Part shown: positions 59,252 to 64,000 of the stretch, piece by piece
Position numbering within the stretch: position 1 is the first letter of the stretch
How the letters are laid out: each line of letters begins with the position of its first letter
Assembly: GCA_963762565.1 (NCBI GenBank)
Contig: CAVXLD010000014.1
Location: 64,001-128,000, forward strand
Length of the DNA stretch: 64,000 bases
Reading direction: 5' to 3'
Source of the DNA: an uncultured Verrucomicrobiae bacterium
GTDB lineage: Bacteria; Verrucomicrobiota; Verrucomicrobiia; Chthoniobacterales; JAFAMB01
Translations under genes and position numbers: made by a program
The notes under the pieces: model-generated
Database searches by the model: none
What the model was told of the DNA's origin: nothing
Seen by the model: only the letters and a program-made list of their open reading frames with translations

Positions 59252-59617
59252 CTATGGAACCAGGTGAACAGCCCTAGCCTCCACGTGAATCCCACTCGAG
59301 AACAGCGCCCACTTAATTGGGCGAATGTTATCGATGATGACAGCATTGCCACCCACCTCCCTGGCCTGTTCTTTCAATGGTTCCGTGGCGGCGCCGAGAT
59401 CGATCTTCAAATTATTACCTGGGCCATCATACGATATAGCCCCCACCACCGCGAAAGGCTGTTTGACTTCGCTTTCGGCGGGGAAGATCGTGACCCCTGC
59501 GCCTTCGCTTAGTGGGGCGTATGTCTCAGTTTTGATCTTGGTCACAGAGGTGCTCGCACAGGAACTAACGCCCGCCAGTGCCACCGCCAGCAAAATAAAT
59601 TGGGTGATCGTCTTCAT
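59252..59617 (-). CDS. Hypothetical lipoprotein
   Basis: Lipobox-like VSSC; LKEQAREVGGNAVI motif. Confidence 0.75.
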   Translation of the reverse strand: MKTITQFILLAVALAGVSSCASTSVTKIKTETYAPLSEGAGVTIFPAESEVKQPFAVVGAISYDGPGNNLKIDLGAATEPLKEQAREVGGNAVIIDNIRPIKWALFSSGIHVEARAVHLVP

Positions 59618-59800
59618 GAATCCTGCCGTGATTGTTCGTCTATACTTGACGTGCTTTGTCTGGCACTTGGTCTCAAAATTCTAGCCGGCGTTTCACTTTC
59701 TCGGCCAGGCGATTCTCCCAGAGTTTTCTCTAAGGTCTGACGCGCCACGAATGTCGGCGGTTACCCAAGCGTACTGGCTCTCGACTCGTTAGTGGCCGGT

Positions 59801-60543
59801 TTAAGGATTGATATCGATGACCGTAACCGTGCCGGCATCGCTAGAGACATATAAACGTTTCCCATTCGGGGCGACGGCAACACAGGCCGCGGCAGTCCCC
59901 GATCCACCTCCTATGGGGATGGAGCCTGTAACCGAATTATGGGCGGTGGCGATCACCGTAACGATTGGCCCGCTCTCTTCGTTTACCACCGTGTACACGA
60001 ACCGCCCGTTCGGGGTCACAACTAATTCTTCGAATCGCCATCCGAGTCCAGGCCGTTTTTGCACGAGGATCGACTTGAGCAACGAGCCATCGGAGGCGTT
60101 GAAGGCATAAACCCTTCTCCTATAGTTCGGTACATAGATTGTTCCTGCATTCGGGGCGATTGCCAGTCCGAGGAAATTATACTCGATTACTTCGGATCCG
60201 ATGTCCGGCTGAACGATTGTCTGCGAAGCTGTATCTATCTGAAAGACAGATTTATAATTCACGACGTAAGCAGTTTTCCCGTCCACAGTGAATTGCACTA
60301 TAGTAGGGGCGGAGGGTAGGGAGCTTGAATCGTATTCAAAATAGCGAAGGTAGTAGTACCAATTATTGATACAAAGCCAGGAACTGCATTCGGGGGATAC
60401 CCTGATGAAAAATTGCAAGTGTAAAGCTGGGTCCCATCGGGACTGACCGCCAAATCCTCCAGCGTCTCAGCCGGACCAACCGGGAACGTGGCCAATGGAC
60501 CCCCTATCTGGACCCCTACGATCTGATTTGCATCGTCGGCCAT
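59801..60543 (-). pseudogene. Frameshifted YncE/YVTN-type beta-propeller gene
   Basis: AVSPDGTQLY, APNAGTIY, TPNGRFVY and APNGKRLY repeats split over two frames near 60320. Confidence 0.75.
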
Positions 60544-60794
60544 CCGCTTGCAAACATATGCAGCTGGGTTCGACCGTAACTGACAAGAGCCAGTAAAAAA
60601 GCAACTTTTAGGCCCCGCGTCTGATCGGATTTTGGAGCGTTTTTCTGGAGGCCGGTCTATTCCTCAACCAACGCGCCATTAAAAATCGATCCAGTGTCCT
60701 GCCCCATAACTAACAGGGCCTTCGTTGCGATCAGAATGGGCCGTCGGCAAGGCACGAGGAGCGGAGCATACGAAGAAGGTAACTCTCGCGAGGG

Positions 60795-60904
60795 GGCTTG
60801 GCGTTCCCCAAGATAACGCGAAAGCGCGGGAGTGGTATCAGAAGACCGCCAACAGGGGCCAGACGGATGCCAAGCAAGCGCTCGGGCGCTCGCAATCAAA
60901 ATAA
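60795..60904 (+). pseudogene. Remnant 3' end of a Sel1-repeat gene paralog
   Basis: Aligns with 61946-62047 (DNAKAREWYQK..G.TDA.QALGR). Confidence 0.75.
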
Positions 60905-61075
60905 GACCTCTCCCCCGCAGGTGATTTCAGCTAATTGCTAGTGTGGCTATGCATTAACCAGGAGAGGTGAACGAAATTCTCTTTGCAAGTGGAGATGCGA
61001 AGGCGCGTCCTTTTGATGCCGCAGAGAGAGAATTCACTCAGCGCTTCGTTTACAAGTGGAAAAGAAAAAGAGTTC

Positions 61076-62047
61076 ATGAACAAAAACCCCATTCACCTTT
61101 TGATTAAGATTTCCGTAGCTGCGGCGTTTTTGGCGGGTTGTAGCAAAACCCCAACCGAGATGTTCAACCTGGGCCTGCGGTATGATATTGGCCAAGGCGT
61201 CGCCCAAGATTACTCCAAGGCATTTGAGTGGTACGGGAAGGCAGCCGGTGCTGGCAGCAAGGATGCCATGAATAACATAGGCACTCTCTATGAGAAGGGT
61301 CATGGTGTGGCCCAGGATTACACCGAGGCGCTCGAGTGGTATCAGAAAGCAGCCAGTGCGGGCGACACGACTGCGATGATCAACTTGGGCTCGCTCTACC
61401 TGAACGGCGATGGCGTCGCCCAGGATTATGCTACGGCGCTCGATTGGTTCCAGAAGGCAGCAAGCGGTGGCAATGCGATTGGGATGTTCAGCGTGGGTGT
61501 GCTTTATGAGCAGGGCCACGGTGTGGCCCAAGATCACGCCAAGGCATTCGAGTGGTTCCAAAAGGCGGCGGCAGGTGGCTATGCACTCGCCATGTTCAAT
61601 TTAGGAGTGCATTATGATACCGGCCGAGGCGTCCCTCGAGATTACGCGAAGGCGTTCGAGTGGTACCAAAAAGGGGCCGAGAGAGGCGAAGTGTTGGCCA
61701 CGTATAACCTGGCCATGGACTATCAAGAGGGAGAGGGCGTCACCAAAGATTACTCTAAAGCGCGACATTGGTTTGAAAAAGCAGCTGCCGGCGGCAACGC
61801 CGACGCCATGACCTCCTTGGGCGGACTCTACATGAACGGCAGGGGGGTTGACCAAAATTACGGCAAAGCATGCGTGTGGTACCAAAAAGCAGCAGCAGGC
61901 GGGAACACGGTCGCCATGTTTAACCTTGGCTTGGTGTATGAGAAGGGCCTTGGCGTCGCGAAAGATAACGCGAAAGCCCGGGAGTGGTACCAGAAGGCCG
62001 CTGATGGTGGCGATACGGATGCCAGGCAAGCGCTCGGGCGCTTGTAA
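61076..62047 (+). CDS. Sel1-repeat lipoprotein
   Basis: Lipobox LAGC; eight 36-aa Sel1 repeats (NLG..Y..G.GV.QDY.KA.EWY.KAA). Confidence 0.93.
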   Translation: MNKNPIHLLIKISVAAAFLAGCSKTPTEMFNLGLRYDIGQGVAQDYSKAFEWYGKAAGAGSKDAMNNIGTLYEKGHGVAQDYTEALEWYQKAASAGDTTAMINLGSLYLNGDGVAQDYATALDWFQKAASGGNAIGMFSVGVLYEQGHGVAQDHAKAFEWFQKAAAGGYALAMFNLGVHYDTGRGVPRDYAKAFEWYQKGAERGEVLATYNLAMDYQEGEGVTKDYSKARHWFEKAAAGGNADAMTSLGGLYMNGRGVDQNYGKACVWYQKAAAGGNTVAMFNLGLVYEKGLGVAKDNAKAREWYQKAADGGDTDARQALGRL

Positions 62048-62149
62048 AGCGCCACGGTGATCAGTCAGCATTAACCAGCTAGGCCAGCGGCACTGTCGTT
62101 GCAGCGGCCGAATCCATCACTAATGAGGTAGTCGGAACATTGTCTCCTG

Positions 62150-63118
62150 CTAAAGCGGGATCCGCTCGTCCTCGATATGCGCCTGGATAATTTCGTCGAA
62201 GTTTGTTTCCGCTTCGAACCCCAGTGAACGAGCACGAGACGCATCAAGATTGCGGGCCCATCCTTCGACGATCTTCATAATCGTAGAGTCTGGTTGACGA
62301 CGAATCAGCCGCACCCGTTCCTCGCCGGCACACCGCTTCAGGCTTTCAATCATTTCACCTACTGTAGAGGAAAGCCCCGGCATCGAAAGTGTCCGCCTTG
62401 GACCGACCAGTTTTCCGTCGATTTCAGCCGCCCGAAAGAAAAAGCCCACCGCCGACCGCGGAGATGCAAACCAGTGCCGCACTGTATCCGGGACAGGCAA
62501 AATTGCTTCTTGTCCGTTCAATGGCTCCCGAATGATGCTCGAGAAAAAGCCGGATGCGGCCCGATTCGGTTTACCGGGTCGAACACAAATTGTCGGTAAC
62601 CGAATCCCAATGCCGTCAAAGAAGCCTTTCCTTGTGTAATCGGCCAATAGCAATTCGCCAATCGCTTTTTGCCCGCCGTACGAGGTGAGGGGAGTCGAAA
62701 AAAATTCTTCGTTAATAACCTCCGGAAACGGCGCTCCAAATACCGCGATGGAACTCGTGAAAACAACCCGAGGCTGATACTCCGCATGGCGAATGGCCTC
62801 AAACAAGTATCTGGTACCGTCGACGTTGATTCTGTACCCCTTATCAAAATCCATTTCGGCTTCGCCGGATACAACGGCGGCAGTATGCAGGATTATACCC
62901 GGACGGTCGGCAATCAGTTTTTCTGCGACCCCAGGATTGGCTAAGTCACACGCAACCGACCGGATGGGAAAATGGCTGCCCGCGATTGGCGCGGGGTCGA
63001 CGATATCGGCCATCATCAGACTTTCGACCTTCTTCCCAGCGATCGACCCGACGGCAACCAGTTTTTCGCAAAATTTACGACCCAGCATCCCTGCAGCCCC
63101 AGTGACTAGTACTTTCAT
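62150..63118 (-). CDS. denD: D-erythronate dehydrogenase (extended SDR)
   Basis: GAAGMLG, AAVVSGEAE, YGGQK, RPGKPNRAASGFFS.I.REPL. Confidence 0.9.
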   Translation of the reverse strand: MKVLVTGAAGMLGRKFCEKLVAVGSIAGKKVESLMMADIVDPAPIAGSHFPIRSVACDLANPGVAEKLIADRPGIILHTAAVVSGEAEMDFDKGYRINVDGTRYLFEAIRHAEYQPRVVFTSSIAVFGAPFPEVINEEFFSTPLTSYGGQKAIGELLLADYTRKGFFDGIGIRLPTICVRPGKPNRAASGFFSSIIREPLNGQEAILPVPDTVRHWFASPRSAVGFFFRAAEIDGKLVGPRRTLSMPGLSSTVGEMIESLKRCAGEERVRLIRRQPDSTIMKIVEGWARNLDASRARSLGFEAETNFDEIIQAHIEDERIPL

Positions 63119-63128
63119 GGATGGCTAA

Positions 63129-63406
63129 AGCCTCACACAAAGAGGCGCAAAGGGAAAGAGTCGGTAGGGCGAGGCTCCGGCGTGCCTGAGAGGGGTCGCA
63201 GCGCGGAATCGCATTTCATTGATATATGCCACCCAACGCCTGAAAGCTGCCGAGCCGGGGGTTGCGCCAGCCACGGCTCGGCAGCTCTTAGTCGGTGCCC
63301 GCCATATACCGACGAAACGTCATCTCACCCTGCGATCCCCTCCGGTTTTTTGGGAGCCTCGCCCTACCAAACTCCCCTTTGTGCCTTTGTGTCTTTGTGT
63401 GAGACT
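63129..63406. repeat. Nested fold-back element: CACAAAGAG/CTTTGTG nonamer arms around a GTAG-REP doublet
   Basis: GGTAGGGCGAGGCTCC 63163-63178 / GGAGCCTCGCCCTACC 63353-63368; central AGCTGCCGAGCCG/CGGCTCGGCAGCT hairpin. Confidence 0.9.
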
Positions 63407-63430
63407 CTCTTCACTCCGTCTTCCATCACC

Positions 63431-63922
63431 ATGCAAATCCGAGATAAAGAGCCCGCGGATCAGGCTTGGATAGAATCAGTTTTGGATGAACGTTGGGGAG
63501 CTAATTTGACGGGAGTCATTATCGTTCATAACGAGGTTTTCGACGCCAGAACCTTACCCGCGTTAATTGCCGGGGAGCGAGATGGTCTGGCCATTTACAA
63601 GATAGGATCAACCGACACCGCGGCTTCCGCGGAATTGATTTCGCTCGATGCAATCACGCCTGGTCAAGGTGTTGGAACCGCCCTTATCGAGGGATTGATT
63701 GCCAAGTTAAAGGAGCATGGAGTGGGGCGACTGCGGGTCACCACCACCAATGACAACCTCAACGCCTTACGCTTCTATCAGCGGCGAGGCTTTCGCATCG
63801 TTGCTTTGCGCCCCGGAGCCGTAGATGAAGCGCGTAAAATAAAACCAACGATTTCAGCCGTAGGCGAGTATGGGATCCCGATCCGAGACGAGATCGAGCT
63901 GGAGCTGCGGATCTACCACTGA
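63431..63922 (+). CDS. GNAT-family N-acetyltransferase
   Basis: GQGVGTALI, TTNDNLNALRFYQRRGF, GIPIRDEIELE. Confidence 0.93.
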   Translation: MQIRDKEPADQAWIESVLDERWGANLTGVIIVHNEVFDARTLPALIAGERDGLAIYKIGSTDTAASAELISLDAITPGQGVGTALIEGLIAKLKEHGVGRLRVTTTNDNLNALRFYQRRGFRIVALRPGAVDEARKIKPTISAVGEYGIPIRDEIELELRIYH

Positions 63923-64000
63923 AAGCACATAGAACAAATAAGGAGCCGGACTCCAGAACCCGGGAGGCGCTGAGCGTGCGCTAGCCAAGCTCCTGAGCCT

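Noticed and set aside
60795..62047. Template/variable repeat pair of a diversity-generating retroelement
   Set aside because: Mismatches include G/C, T/C and C/T changes rather than being adenine-specific, and there is no reverse transcriptase in the window.
1..64000. rRNA, tRNA, prophage or integrase-bounded island
   Set aside because: No cloverleaf or rRNA signature, phage gene, integrase or att repeat was recognised by eye; a covariance-model scan was not possible.

Overview
Chromosomal segment of a GC-rich bacterium, most likely Verrucomicrobiota. The PVC-signature small basic protein at 19183-19338 supports PVC membership; the narrower placement is inference. The left two-thirds is mostly housekeeping and envelope genes: NitT/TauT ABC, Mla/PqiC ABC, recO, lpdA, a GT2/GT-C glycosylation cluster, rhodanese-IscU-SufT, RluB-like synthase, miaA, secA, pyrE, ridA, two tandem lpxD paralogs, tmk-holB, sixA-pgl, clpS, speA, PBP1A and trmD. 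The right third is an accessory, partly decaying region. It holds an IS4/IS231-like element carrying a divergent AbrB-type gene, several frameshifted or internally deleted genes, a PLD-fold protein with two non-canonical HKD motifs, and a Sel1 lipoprotein. The most striking signal is non-coding: many intergenic spacers hold a 100-380 bp fold-back element whose arms are inverted tandem arrays of 6-9-nt units. About ten unit families occur, often nested with REP-like doublets and with small hairpins inserted into REP loops. One nonamer-armed element still encloses the C-terminus of a GxxExxY (PD-(D/E)XK-type) gene, suggesting these are non-autonomous relics of repeat-flanked nuclease cassettes. 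Every heptamer unit contains a stop codon on the inward-reading strand, so three copies close all frames. No rRNA, tRNA or CRISPR array was seen. All calls are by-eye recognition without database searches.
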